Of a DNA stretch of 64,000 nucleotides, positions 11,951 through 25,254 are shown one piece after another. The stretch's first letter is position 1. Each line of letters opens with the position of its first letter. This DNA comes from Octopus sinensis (taxonomy: Eukaryota). The translations under genes were made by a program, and so were the position numbers. The notes under the pieces were generated by a model. It searched no databases. It had not been told where the DNA came from and was given only the letters and a program-made list of their open reading frames with translations. The stretch covers positions 132,308,001-132,372,000 of the forward strand of contig NC_042998.1 of NCBI RefSeq assembly GCF_006345805.1, given 5' to 3'.

Positions 11951-12480
11951 TATAAAAGACCAATGCTATTAATTTTTTTCGTCTTCCAACACTTCTTAGT
12001 GTGGTAGGAGGAAAGACATTTTCTTTTTTTTTTCATTTTTATTTTTTGATTTGTTTGTTTTTTTTTTGTTTTTTTAATCATATTGTACTTTGTTTAGTGC
12101 ACCACTATTTATCATATTTATCAGTGGAGTTTCCAATATCATATTTGCAACTGATTCTGTAATGAAAACCTCCCATAAGCCATACACACGCACACACACA
12201 CACACACACACATTTCCACACACACACAAAAAAAAATAAACTATTGGAAATGAGATCTGATATGTAATAAAATCTTGTAGTTGCACAATGGCACTATTCT
12301 TTAGAATTAGCATAACAATTGCATTTCACTTGCTCTCACATTCATACATTCTGTCTGTCTGTCTAACTGGCTGCCTGTCTGCCTGACTGTCTGCCTCTCT
12401 GTCTGTCTGACTGTCTGGCTGTCTCTGCATTTGTTATATTTATGCATTTTTATGTCTATGCAAGTTTAAGTGGGAGGTGT

Positions 12481-12518
<38 letters not shown>

Positions 12519-12588
12519 ACTCTCACATAAACGCATTCATGTGTTCACACACACATATGTCCCTATATATATAATAAATAATGCAGTG

Positions 12589-12629
<41 letters not shown>

Positions 12630-12724
12630 GATGATAGAATAAGTATGATTCTTACAACGAATAAATCCTGGGGTTGATTTGTGCTCCAGCATGTCTGCAA
12701 TCAAAATTACTGAAACAAGTAAAA

Positions 12725-12726
12725 GA

Positions 12727-12757
<31 letters not shown>

Positions 12758-13215
12758 ATATATATGAAGAAAGAGAGAGAGAGAGAGTCTTGTATATAAT
12801 ATATATAATTATATATATATAATAATATATATTATATATATATTATAATATATTACTTTAATGGTAAGACAACAAAAGAATACTATATAATAATATATAA
12901 TATATATGATAATGTATATATTATATATAATATATTTAATTCTATATAGTATATGATAGTATAATATATATGTAAATATTTAATTATATATAGTATATAA
13001 TATATATATATATTATATGAGATTATATAATATATATAGTATGTAATAATATATATATAATATATAATGATACATATAATTTATATATATGGAATATATA
13101 ATATATATAATTTATATATTTAATATATATAAAGTATAATATATAATATATGTAATTATATATAATATATATAATTTATATATAATATATAATATATATA
13201 TTATATGTAAAAATA
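12725..13215. repeat. Degenerate AT-only microsatellite block
   Basis: About 490 bp, almost exclusively A/T. Confidence 0.9.
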
Positions 13216-13875
13216 CACACATATATTGTACATATAGTATATCTATATCTAGCATCATCTTCAGCATCATCAACATTGTTTTAATGTATACTTACATAGG
13301 TTAGGCAGATGAAAATGTTGAACCAGCTTTTTTCTACAACCGGATGCTCTTTCTGTTGCTAACCTTCCTCCTGTTACTTATTACTGTGTAAGGTTATATC
13401 TTCACTGGTCTCAAAATGAATTAAACACAAAGATGGGATGAAAGGACAGTAGACGGTGTGTATTAGGTCGACGCTCAAGTAAAATGGAAGCAGTTTTTAA
13501 CATCTCAAGTCTATGCTCTTCCATTGAAAGGATAGACTGAGGAGAGGTATAAAGTGGTGTGAAAAAAGTTGTGTCGAAGTTGAATGGTCAAGGCAGGCCT
13601 TTTCTTTAGTGTATTTAATAACTGTGTTATAGTGCAGTATAACAGGCTTCTTCCAGTTTCTATTTACTAAATGTAACTCACAAGGCATTGATCAACCTGC
13701 CGCTGTAGCACAAGACACTCACTGGACTTATGTCCACTCATTATGAAAGAAACTAAACTTCTTAACGACATAATTATACATCTAAGTATCCTTCTCTCTA
13801 TATATATAGCTATATCTACATATGTCTGTATGTATACACCTATCTATGTATGTGTATGCACTATATCATCATTAC

Positions 13876-14206
13876 CATCATCATCATTTAATGCTAGCAT
13901 GGGTTGGATGATTTGACTGAGGACTGGCGAACCAGATGGCTGCGCCAGGCTTCAGTCTGATCTGGCAGAGTTTCTACAGCTGAATACCCTTCCTAACGCC
14001 AACCACTCCGAGAGTGTAGTGGGTGCTTTTACGTGCCACCAGCATGAGGGCCAGTCTGGTGGTATAGGCAACAGCCATGCTCGAAATGGTGTTTTGTACA
14101 TGCCACCTGCACAGGAGTCAGTCCAGTGGCACTGGCAATGACCTCGCTTGAATGTTTTGTTCACGTGCCACCGGCACAAGTGCCAGTAAGGCGATGCTGG
14201 TAACGA
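13876..14206 (-). mobile_element. Family C element
   Basis: Starts with the (CAT)n tail, then 'gctagcatgggttggatg...cttcctaacgccaaccactccgagag...gtgctttt.cgtgccacc'. Confidence 0.85.
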
Positions 14207-14249
14207 CATATATATATATTTGATTATTTGATATATATGTATGCATATA

Positions 14250-14440
14250 TGTGTACCGGCGCTATGTTAAAAGCACCCAGTACACTCTATGGTTAGCATT
14301 AAGGAAGGGCATGTAGCAGTAGAAACCATGTCAAAACAGACAATGAAGCCTGGTGTGACCACTGGCCTTACCAGTTCTGATTAAACAGTCCAACCCATGC
14401 CAGCATGGAAAACAGATGTTAAATGATGATGATGATGATG
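14250..14440 (+). mobile_element. Family C element, 3' part (diverged subfamily)
   Basis: 'aaaagcacccagtacactc..aggaagggcatg..gtccaacccatgccagcatggaaaacagatgttaaatgatgatgat'. Confidence 0.8.
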
Positions 14441-14504
14441 TGTTTGTATGAATATGTATATGTGCGCACACACACACATTGCTTTCCTCTGTTACTCATC
14501 TACT

Positions 14505-14547
<43 letters not shown>

Positions 14548-14774
14548 CACATTGATATATGCAATGTCCTAGATATTATTTTCTTCCTACTGCCTTGTTT
14601 TCCTCCTTCATCTTCTCTTTCCTTTATAATTTTTTTCTTCTTTCCTTGTTCATTCATGTTTGATACATTTCTTTTTATTAATCAGATTATTTAATTTTTT
14701 TCCTTGCTGCATTTTTTTTTTTTTTTTTTGAAATTTCTACATTTATTCCTCTGCTGTTAATTTTATTATTTACA

Positions 14775-14809
<35 letters not shown>

Positions 14810-15592
14810 ATTTAATATTTTTGCTTTTTGCTATGATAACAAACTGAAAACGAAAAAAATCTTTTATAAGTTGGAATACCAACATGAGGGTCAGATGAAA
14901 ATTATGTAGATTAAATATAGATGCTGTACTTCTCTCCCTGTCTATTTCTCTCCATAAAAGAATATATAAAAACCAACAGCAATGGCCTTAATAAAAAAAT
15001 AAAAAATGCTGAATTCATCTATAATATAGGAAAAAAAAATCTTTCAAAGAACTAGTTACATCTCCAGAGGACAACAGCAGTCATATCTTCCATACCACTA
15101 AGCAGGTCTTACCATACAGAGTTTGGAAATGCAGAAGCAATTATTACAAAAGATGCTAGAAGCTGCCCCACCACCACCACCACCACCTACCCTATAGACA
15201 ACAGTATGAGGAAATAAATCACCAAGCAATAAAATTGGCTATGAATGTTACAAGTAGAAGACAGCTGACTGAATCTGGAGAATCAGTACTTTCAAAAAAC
15301 ATAATAGGTTAGTTTGATGGCTTCTATTGCTATCAAGTGAATCCCCTATCTAGACATGATAACTTTCCATTGAGAAGCTATCCATGAAAATGGAGGAAAG
15401 CTAAAGCAGAGGAATTAAGATAGAAAACTGGAAATATATTGAATAAATACGACTCTGGCATCGGCAAAACAGACAAATCATTCCTTGAGTTGGTGAGGGA
15501 GTTTACGACTCGCTTTTAAAATGGTTGCAAATTTTGACACAAGGCCAGCACTTTCGAGGAGGGTATAAGTCGATTACATCAACCCTAGTGTT

Positions 15593-15880
15593 CATCATCA
15601 TCATCATCGTTTAATGTCCGCTTTCCATGCTAGCATGGGTTGGACGATTTTGACTGAGGGCTGGCGAACCAGATGTCTGCACCAGGCTCCAATCTTGATC
15701 TGGCAGAGTTTCTCCAGCTGGATGCCCTTCCTAACGCCAACCACTCTGAGGGTGTAGTGGGTGCTTTTTACGTGCCACCGGCACGGGGGCCAGTCAGGCG
15801 GTACTGGCAATGACCTCGCTCGAATCTTTTTATACATGCCACCGGCACAGCTGCCAGTAAGGCAATGCTGGTAATGATCT
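15593..15880 (-). mobile_element. Family C element
   Basis: (CAT)n tail followed by 'cgtttaatgtccgctttccatgctagcatggg...ggatgcccttcctaacgcc'. Confidence 0.9.
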
Positions 15881-16546
15881 CTTAACATGCTTTTTATGAA
15901 GAAGAACAAGGACTGCTTGGACAGTTTTCCATTGGGATCATTTGTAGAGCCCTCTTATTTTCTGGGAAGAGTTGTATAATTGAGAAGTCCTTTCTTTAAC
16001 TACATCAATCTTACATTCCTATTCACTGTCACAGTATTTTGGGCAAGCGTCTTCTACTAGAGCCTCAGGTATGTAAATTACTTGAGGGCAGAACTTGGTT
16101 AAAGGAAGCTGTAAAAAAGCTCATTGTATATGAATATATTTTATAGTCCCTTGTGTGGTGACTGGAGCAACTGCTGTCTACTATAGCCCCAAGCTGATCG
16201 ATGCCTTATGAGTGAATATGGTAGACAGAAACTGTAGGGACTCCATCAAATGTGAGTGTGTAAGCATGAATATTGATGTTGGGTTTGGTATAATTGAAAT
16301 AAAATAGTGCTAATGCTTACATTCGTTTTGACATTGTGACTGGTCGTCTTGCACTTCTGAAGACCTCTGGAAAGAAAAAAATGCTTTACTTAAAAAAAGC
16401 CCCCAAAAACTAGTAATAAAAATATGAAGGTTGGTGACAGGAAAAGCATCCAACTGTAAAATCCTGTCTTAATTTCCATCCAGTCCATGCTTACATGGAA
16501 AATCAGATGGTAAGTGAACAATCATATGTGTGTGTGTGTGTGTATA

Positions 16547-16590
<44 letters not shown>

Positions 16591-17031
16591 TATATAACAC
16601 ACATACACACATATACATACACATATAAATATATTGTAAATAATAATAATTATAAACTTAAAGCTTCTTCTAAGTGATCACCATGTACTGGCTAAAAAAA
16701 ATAGTCAAATGCTAGTGCATATAAGCCCTCAACGAAAGCCAATACAATGATTGCTCATAAGCTTTAAGCTTATAATTATTATTATTATTTACTGAATTTT
16801 CACTCCTTTCCATTTAACACAGAAAATGCACAATATATATATATCTATAATATATATATATACGGAAAAAGAGAAAAGGAAAGGAGTAAGGTGGTGGAGG
16901 GGGTAAAGCTGAAGCTGTACCTTTTATTATGATTTTGCAGGGTGCAAGGGGGTAGTGGGGGAGGGGCATATTGGACTCAGCTCTTAAGAACCCATGAATT
17001 ATCATTTTTGATACCACTACCATGGCTACTA

Positions 17032-17069
<38 letters not shown>

Positions 17070-17949
17070 CATTCAGTCAAACTGAATATGGTGAAACAAA
17101 AAAAAAAAAAAAAGAATTGAAATAAAATAAAACTATTTTAATTTAGAAATAAGACAAATAATAAAACATAATAAAACATAATAAAAAAGTGAATCAGCTG
17201 GAAATCAAATAGAGCAATACATATACATACATACATATATGTATATGTATATGTGTGTGTATGTGTAGAGAGAGGGGGGTAGGTGCTGGAATAGATAAAA
17301 ACAGATGCACACATCAAACGGTCGATTGTTGTAATGGACGTACATCAGATCTTTTACATTGTATTCTGAATTTTAATAATATAAAATATACACGCGTGTA
17401 TGTTGTGTGTGTGGTGTGTGTGTGTGTATTTATATATGTATATGTACACATACACACACACACATATATATATATATGGAAGAGGAGAGAGATAATAATA
17501 ATAAAAGAAGCAAAAAAAAAAGAATAAATATATATATAAAGCACAAACACTTACTAATGAAATTAGATATAGTTGTTTTTTTTTTAAGTTCAGTTGAGAT
17601 TTCATTATCTTTGTGATAAAAAGTGTAAAAAGTGTCAGCTACAGAATGAGTCAAGTTGATATTCTTTGCTTTTTTGTTTGTTTGTTTGTTATTGTGTGTG
17701 TGTGTGTGTGTGTGTGGTCTGTAAGAGGGAATAGATCTAAAGTGTAGGGTGGGGTTTATTTTCTACTACCTGACTTCCACAACAGTGCACAACAATAATC
17801 CTAGTTTTGATTAACTTCTGTTCAGAAACAGGCTTACAATTCCAATTCTGCTTGTGTCATTACAGGCTACTTACTTATCTAGGCAATAAATTATTTTATC
17901 TGATTTATTTATCTGTCTATTTCTATTTCTATTTATTTGTTGTATCCTG

Positions 17950-18145
17950 TTTTTCTTTTGCTAGTTTTCTGTCATTAGGCAGTGGCCATGTGGCCATGCT
18001 GGGGTACTGCCTTGCAAGAATTTTAATTAAGCAAATCGACACCCCCTGTACTTATTCTATCGATTCTCTTTTGCTGAATTGCTAAGTTAGAGACATGTAA
18101 ATACTCCAACACCGGTTGTCAAGTGGTGATGAAAGAACAAACACA
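17950..18145 (-). mobile_element. SINE family A, 3' half
   Basis: 'ggccatgctgggg..caaatcgacacc..tacttattctatcga..ctgaattgctaag..ccaacaccggttgtcaag'. Confidence 0.75.
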
Positions 18146-18147
18146 GA

Positions 18148-18179
<32 letters not shown>

Positions 18180-18289
18180 ATGTATATATATATATATATG
18201 TGTATGTATATATATATGTGTATATATATATATATATATATGTATGTCTATGTATATATATATATATGTGTGTGTATATATCTTTCCTT

Positions 18290-18389
18290 CTTTCCTGAGC
18301 GTCCAATAATACTATACTTGTTCCACATCCTCGCGTTGTTGAGTTTTCTCTTTGTGTTTTCATGTTTGGATTACATTAATATATACTAT

Positions 18390-18426
<37 letters not shown>

Positions 18427-18582
18427 GAGTGAGTAGGCAAAGAAAAGAAAGGGCACTCAACACATTTATCAGGAGTTACATGTAATATTCGAAACAGTTT
18501 CATTCGGATTCTGTGCTGCTTCAAGTTTCGCAGGTCCCTAACAGAGCCTGTCTCCTCAGGCTCATGAAGTTCAGCTAAACTG

Positions 18583-18585
<3 letters not shown>
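18290..18585 (-). mobile_element. (TA)n-flanked cassette with a hammerhead-like core; possible Penelope-type pseudo-LTR or retrozyme-like remnant
   Basis: The minus strand carries CTGAGGA-(stem)-GAAAC at 18559-18525. The cassette is bounded by TA microsatellites. Confidence 0.45.
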
Positions 18586-18615
<30 letters not shown>

Positions 18616-18805
18616 CAAGGAAAAATTATAAAAAGGCAGAATGCTAAGTTGGAGGTAAATTTTAATGAAAATGGGTGTATGGAAAATTTTAAAAATTAAA
18701 AAAAAAAAACATTAACTCTAACCGGTTTTCGTTGCAATGTGACTTTTCAAGAATTGTAAGGTGAAAAAAAATATTTTTTATAATTGAGGAGGGGTAAAAA
18801 AGAAA

Positions 18806-18858
<53 letters not shown>

Positions 18859-18864
18859 TACTGT

Positions 18865-19025
18865 GTGCTTCTTTCAGTTTCCGCCTACCAAATCCGTTCA
18901 TGAGGCTTTGGTTGGACTGAAGCTATGGTAGAAAACACTTGTCCAAAGTGCCATGCAGTGGAACTGAGTCCAGAATCATGGGCTTGTGAAGAAAACTTCT
19001 TTCCACACAGCCACATCTGTATGCT
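18865..19025 (-). mobile_element. SINE family A, 5' half
   Basis: 'cttctttcagtttccgcctaccaaatcc..acacttgtccaaagtgccatgcagtggaactga..ccacacagccac'. Confidence 0.8.
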
Positions 19026-20289
19026 GAAGTAGCAATAAAGAAAATATATGAATAAATAAAATAAAATAAATAAGCTGGCGAAAAATAAAGGGCAAAGTGA
19101 TTGACTGGATAATGATATATTGGACTAGTATTAGTTCGTCTGTGAGTCCCATTCTGCTGCATGCAATTCATGACTTTTCCTTGGTTGAATATCGTATATC
19201 ACTGTTACTGCCATCATCATCATCATAATGTTCGCTTTTTCCATGCTGGCAAAAGTTGAATGAGACTTGTGAAACAGTATTCTATAGATGAATGCACTTC
19301 CTGCCACCTACCCTTATTTGTTTTGCTCATAAGGTGCATTTTTTTTTCCAGTTATCTTCACATGGTAACCTGTTAGCATTTATTTAATCACATAGTTTTG
19401 AAGTGATAACGCATAGTCTTGTAGCTTCAAGATTTCAATGTTGTGATTGTATTGTTTTTTAGAATAACATTGTCAGGTAGGTATGAGAGGCTGGATTAGG
19501 TCAATTTGCTCATAAGGCAGGTAGAATATATAGGCCAGATAACCATGTCTGACCTGAGCATTTGCAGGTTGATATCTTCAGGAAGAAACAGGTGAAATGG
19601 AGAATCTGGTCTGTATATATGCTTGATTAGATTCTGCTAAAGGTACCTGATAACTGTGAACACTGTGAAAGCTCAGCATAGCAATGATATACTTGCTAAT
19701 TTTACAGTGATTTTTTTCAGCCTGCTTCAAAGAATAGCACATCTTTCCATGGCAGGTATATCCATTTATTAACACATGTAAGCAGGATAGTGGAAGATGG
19801 TTAGTATTCTTAAAATGTTTGGTCTTCTCCATACTATCTCTGGTGCCATCACATTATGTCAAAACCAAGCTGTTAGACAAATTGTTAGTTTTGGTTAAAC
19901 AACATGTATTTTTTTTTAAAGATAGCTGATTATAGAATTATCTTCCTGTTTAAATCCTGAAGCATGCTCTCCTAGTGTTTAGTTCTTTAGATAGGGTGTG
20001 GTAAACACTCTATGAAAGCTTGGATAACGGACAGAGTTAGTGATTATTGGAAAGGTTGCAAGATGCAACAAAAATTTTAGAAAAAATATTTAAGTAAATG
20101 AGTGGAAACTAAACTGGTGAGTGTGTTAAATAATAAGGTACTAAAAGAGAATGACACTATTAAACGCCTTTTCAGTATTGTATTCTATAACCAATGTGTG
20201 GAGCTTCTATGTTGTCCCCCAGTTTCTTAGAAATAGCAACCAGATTTCTCATCTAGTAAGTGCTGCAGCCTTGGTTATATAGTTGCATG

Positions 20290-20556
20290 GCTTTTGATCA
20301 TTCCCAAATCACTTATTGATATAGGAATTGTTTTCAGGTTGTCTCTAATTCTGGATGTTTATATTTAGTTAAGTTCCCTGTTTCTTTTAGAGATAGATTA
20401 TCACCTGTCATGGCTGATATGTCTATTAGGAAGTATTTCTTATTTGTTTGGCCTTGATAACAATATCTGGACAGTTAGCCTTGCTTTCATTGTCTGTGTG
20501 TATTGGTGTATCTCCGGAGTATGGTTGCTTTACCATTCTCAGAGACCTTTTCTTGT
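20290..20556 (-). mobile_element. R4/Dong-clade non-LTR retrotransposon fragment (restriction-like endonuclease domain), pseudogenised
   Basis: Minus-strand translation with frameshifts: EKVSENGKATIL / DTPIHTDNESKANCPDIVIK / YFLIDISAMTGDNLSLKETGNLTKYK..ELE / KTIPISISDLGMIK. This matches the PD..D..K..KY RLE signature. Confidence 0.85.
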
Positions 20557-21539
20557 GCATGCATTATTATTTACAAATTTTGTGTTAGTGGTGAAAGGGA
20601 AACATCTTCGACCTTTCTCTTTGCAAGTTCTCTCAGAATGTAGGTTAGAAGTGATCGTCAAACCTGAAGGCTTGCATCTAAGAAGACTCTGTTAAAGTTG
20701 GTGGTGTCAAACCAGACAAAACCAAAGAGCAAGGACAGTCCAATACTAGAGCTTCTGCACAATTTTCATTTGCCTCATTTCTTACACAATATTTAGCTTG
20801 GCTCAACGATATTGTAGGATATACTTACCCAAGGTGCAGACTAACAGGATCAGATCCGGGACCATCTAACTGCAAAGTAAATACTGTGACCACCAGTGCC
20901 TATGAATACAAGAAATCATCTTTGTATATTCATTATTTGTCATTAATTGCTCAAGGACAAGTGCGGGATAAAGATGACTACTATTAAGATCTACTGTTTG
21001 ATTTTGAAGTCTATTCTCTTTATGTTTTAACTTTTTTATTTTTGTGCACATGACATTACTATGATTTCTGAAAATACAAATACGATATCTTTGAAGGGCA
21101 AAGTATATAAGTTAATATTCTGTGATAATAATGATAAGCTTTACAGTTTTTTGAGATACTGTAGCTGTGTGTATGTGTGCGTGTGCGTACGTGAGTGTGT
21201 GTGTGTGTGTGGAGGAGAAGAAATGAGTGAGAGATAGAGGAGGAAATTAAGCAGAAGGTGGCAAATAGTGATAATGAGGAAAGCAGAAATATTTTACCAG
21301 CATAAAAAAAAAAAAAAGTAAAAAAACATTTCAGTTTTTGCATAGGTGTGCCATATTTGGTAGTGTGTGTGTATGTGTGTGTGTTAGTGTGTATATGAGA
21401 AGCAGCTGACAAACCTACCTACCTGCTTTTGTCTTTGTACTGTTTTAATTTAAACATTTCCTGGACTTGTAACAAATGGTATCCATTGAGATTGACAGGT
21501 AAATCAAAATGTATCTCTCTCTCTCTTTCTCACACACAC

Positions 21540-21859
21540 ATTATATATATAATATATGTATATATATAAATATATATAAATATATAATAAATATCTATAT
21601 ATATATGTATATATATATATATATGTATATATATAAATATATATATATATATATGTAATTATGTATATATATATATATATGTATATATATAATATATAAT
21701 ATATATAATATATGTATATATAAAATATATAATATATATATATATATATATAATATGTATATATATATATATATGTATATATATAAATATATATATATAT
21801 ATTATAATATATGTTATATATATATATGTATATATATAAATATATATTATATATATGTA

Positions 21860-21913
<54 letters not shown>
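21540..21913. repeat. Long imperfect (TA)n microsatellite
   Basis: Directly visible. Confidence 0.95.
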
Positions 21914-21916
<3 letters not shown>

Positions 21917-22429
21917 CAGTCGAAATTACAAAGTGACTCAAAAGTAGAGAGTTTCGTTGCCAGTGCTTGAAAGCCTCTGTCTTTGAGTCACGTAAGTTCT
22001 TATTAAAAACGAATATATACTCATGTTTTGAATACCATTTTCCTGTCTGTATCACAAAATTATATGTTCAAACACACGCACACACACACAAACAAACACA
22101 TTCTCACACGTGTGTGCACACATGGACATTTTTGTGGTAGCTTCATTGTCTATTTAATTTTATGGCTCTTTTATGTGTGTGTGTGTGTGTGTGTGTATTC
22201 AAGCAGAGTTTGTGAATTTCACCGGGTTAGCTTTGGGGTACAGGATCCTGGTTTTCCAATTGAGGCTTTACGATGTCATTTAGGAAAACTGCTCTGTGCG
22301 CGTGGCAGGAAAGACTTCACGAAGTCACATTGGGTTAGCCATTTAACTGTCAATAGACCAACATATGTGAGTGCATTACTTTGTATGTATGAACACTTCA
22401 TAAGCAACCTGTTTTGTTGAATTGTTATG

Positions 22430-22722
22430 TTCTCTTTTACTCATTTACTTGTTTCAGTCATTTGACTGTGGCCATGCTGGAGCACTGCTTTTAGTCGAAC
22501 AAATCGACCCCAGGACTTACTCTTTGTAAGCCTAGTAATTCTTCTATCGGGCCCTTTTGCCGAACCACTAAGTTACGGGGGACGTAAACACACCAATGTC
22601 AGTTGTCAAGCAATGGTGGAGGGCCAAACACAGACACACACATACATGCATATATATGACAGCTTCTTTCAGTTTCCTTATACCAAATCCACTCACAAGG
22701 CTTTGGCTGGCCCAAGGTTGGG
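22430..22722 (-). mobile_element. SINE family A, 5'-truncated
   Basis: 'ttcttttactcatttacttgtttcagtcatttgactgtggccatgctggagcac...ccaaatccactcacaaggctttgg'. Confidence 0.9.
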
Positions 22723-22799
22723 AATCAAGCTTCTTACCATATATATATATTTATGTATGTATTTATGTATGTATGTATGTATGTATATATATAATTATA

Positions 22800-23035
22800 T
22801 ATAAAATATTATTAGAGACAACACTATATTTGCAAAACAAACAAGGAAAGACTTAATCATACATAAAATTATTAAAATTTTATGTATTGATTAAGTCTTC
22901 CTTGTTGTTTGTCAAAATAGTGGTTTTGTCTCTAATATATTTTATAATTTTTACTATAAATTGATTTAATCCTAAATCTGATTTTTTTTCCCTTAAATTG
23001 GATTTATTCCCTAATATTTATTATTATATATATAT
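22800..23035. repeat. AT-rich foldback element, copy 1 (~70-bp arms plus ~90-bp unique flank)
   Basis: Arms ~22800-22870 and ~22876-22946 are reverse complements. The flank 'aaatctgatttttttccc..ggatttattccctaatattt' is the reverse complement of 51480-51545. Confidence 0.9.
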
Positions 23036-23139
23036 ATATATTATATACTGGGCTGATAAAGTACCAATCAAAAACTGGGGCTGGTGTAATGAATTAAAAC
23101 TCATTCCCTGATATTGCAGGCCTTGTGCCGAAGTTTGAA

Positions 23140-23320
23140 ACAATTATTATTATTATTCTGTGTTTGGCTTTTGCTTTGAATTTGTACAAATTAACACCAA
23201 GTCTCACCCAGAAACCTCAAGAAACAACATGTTAGAAGCTCAAGTTGCTATTGTGACCAGGGTGCCATATTTTCGGTTTTGTGCATAGTATTGTTCTAGA
23301 GAATGTCTGCCAAACCACAA
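23140..23320 (-). mobile_element. Probable 3' end of an R4/Dong-type non-LTR element with (AAT)n tail
   Basis: Minus strand 'gaggtttctgggtgagacttgg..ttgtacaaattcaaagcaaaagccaaacacagaataataataataat'. The family assignment is from recall. Confidence 0.45.
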
Positions 23321-23324
23321 GAAA

Positions 23325-23800
23325 ATTAGAGGCAGAATCTTTAGCATGCTGGGCAAACTCCTTAGCAGTATGTCATCTGCTGCTATGTTCTGGGTTCAAA
23401 TTCCGCCGAGGTCGACTTTGCCTTTCATCCTTTTGGGGTCGATAAATTAAGTACCATTAAAACACTAGGGTTGATGTAATCAACTAGCCCCCTACCCCCA
23501 AATTTCAGACTTCATGCCTTTATTAGAAAGGATTATTATTATCATTAATATTATTATTATCATAAAGGTGGTGATCTGGCAGAAATGTTAGCATGCCAGG
23601 CAAAACGCTTAGTGGCATTTCAACTGGCTTTATGTTTAAGTTCAAATTCCACCGAGGTTAACTTTGCTTTCATCCTTTTGGGGTCGATAAAATAAGTACC
23701 AGTTGCACACTGAGGGGGGGGGAGTGATGTAATTGACTATCCCTCTCCCACAAATTTCAACCTTTGTAGTTATAGTAGAAAAGATTATTATTATTATTAA
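23325..23800 (+). mobile_element. Two head-to-tail SINE family B copies with (ATT)n tails
   Basis: Units ~23325-23545 and ~23567-23800, each with 'ttcaaattcc.ccgagg..actttgc.tttcatccttttggggtcgataaa'. Confidence 0.9.
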
Positions 23801-25254
23801 TTGCATGCTGCCACTGCGCTACCAATTGCAGCTGTGTGCCTTATGTTTGTGCAGTATCTTTTTCTGGTTTTATTTATTTTTACTCCGTTAAAATGCTTTA
23901 AGTTATAAGTATGTTGCGTCTAATCGTCAAATCCAGATTGTTTTGTGCTCCTTGTGTCATGACCTTTTGGTACCTTATGTAAAATCGAGTTTGACATAAT
24001 CTTGTTAATGTGTCGTTTATGTATTCACTTATTAATTTAACTATTGATTTCCACTTCTGTTGGGTTTTCCCTTTTTTAATAAACTGTTATCATATTTTAT
24101 CAAATGTTTTCCATTTTTGTTTTTTAATTCTTCCCTATGAGTTGATTAGTGTTAGTTTAATATTTTTTGTCAAGTTGCCAAACAATAAACACACACACAT
24201 TCATTAATTCTTCAGTTTTTTATTCAAAACTATTGGAGTTTTTCATCACAATCACCAAGGATCCTATTTACTGAGTTTATCATTTTCTCTTTGAGATTGT
24301 GTTTTCATTATTATTGTTTGTCTGTGTGTGTTTCTTTAGTTTATAAACTGCTATTGACTGGACTATACGTATGCACTCATTACCTTTAATGACGTTAATT
24401 TAATTTTTCCCATGTTTTTCAGCTAGTAACTGCTTTGTTTGCAAAATAGTTTGCAATGGTAGCGTTAGTGATGATGACAGCAGTGGTGGTGGAAGCAGAG
24501 TTAGAATGTTGTTGCTTTGAGGTTGAAACTAACCATTATATATTAGTAAAATACCATGGCTAATCACAGATCTACAGGCTTTTTCTTGGGACCTGGGCTT
24601 CCCAAGATTAAGAGAAGCCTTAGATACCCAACTGTCATAGCTGTTGATAGTTGAAGTTCCTTCCATCGAGGCTTGAGGAAGATGAGAGAAAATCTAGAGC
24701 AGTGCAGCTATTCCAAAAACTTTCACTCCTCTGCTTTTTGGCTTTTATCTCATCCTTATGCAATGGCACTCTACATTATGTTGGTGTTAGAGACTCTGAA
24801 TAATGAACCATTGAGTCAAACAATTCTACATGAGTTCAATGTAAATGTGGGAAAGCAATGAAAGTGAATACACCTTTTCATTAAGATTGCGTTAAATACT
24901 CCTGGAGGAATCTGATAGAAAAGATGGGAATGGCCCAATGAGGAATGAAAGAAAGCTGTTACCATGGATGTACAACTGTCACTGTCCTCTCACTTGTTTT
25001 TGAACTTATCCACCCACTCTTCCTCACACTCTGTTCGTATTCTCTCTTATTTATTATTATTATATGAAAAGTAGTGGATAAGTAGGTCTTTTAGAGCATT
25101 GGTTGGAATGTTTTGCAATATTCCCATTCTGAGTTCAAATTCCACCTTTGCCTTTCATCCGTTCAAAATCAATAAAAGGAAATACCTGTCAAGAGCTAGA
25201 GTCAGTCTATTCACCTAACTGCCTCCATTCAAAATCCTGGGTGTTTATCATCGT

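Noticed and set aside
15060-15480. Purine-rich stretch resembling a decayed LINE ORF
   Set aside because: No diagnostic RT or endonuclease motif could be read.
19352-19364. 13-nt micro-exon-like site (ttttccag|TTATCTTCACATG|gtaacc)
   Set aside because: Such sites occur by chance in T-rich DNA, and there is no other support.
19560-20200. Possible continuation of a non-LTR element next to the R4 fragment
   Set aside because: Too degraded. No motif I can name.
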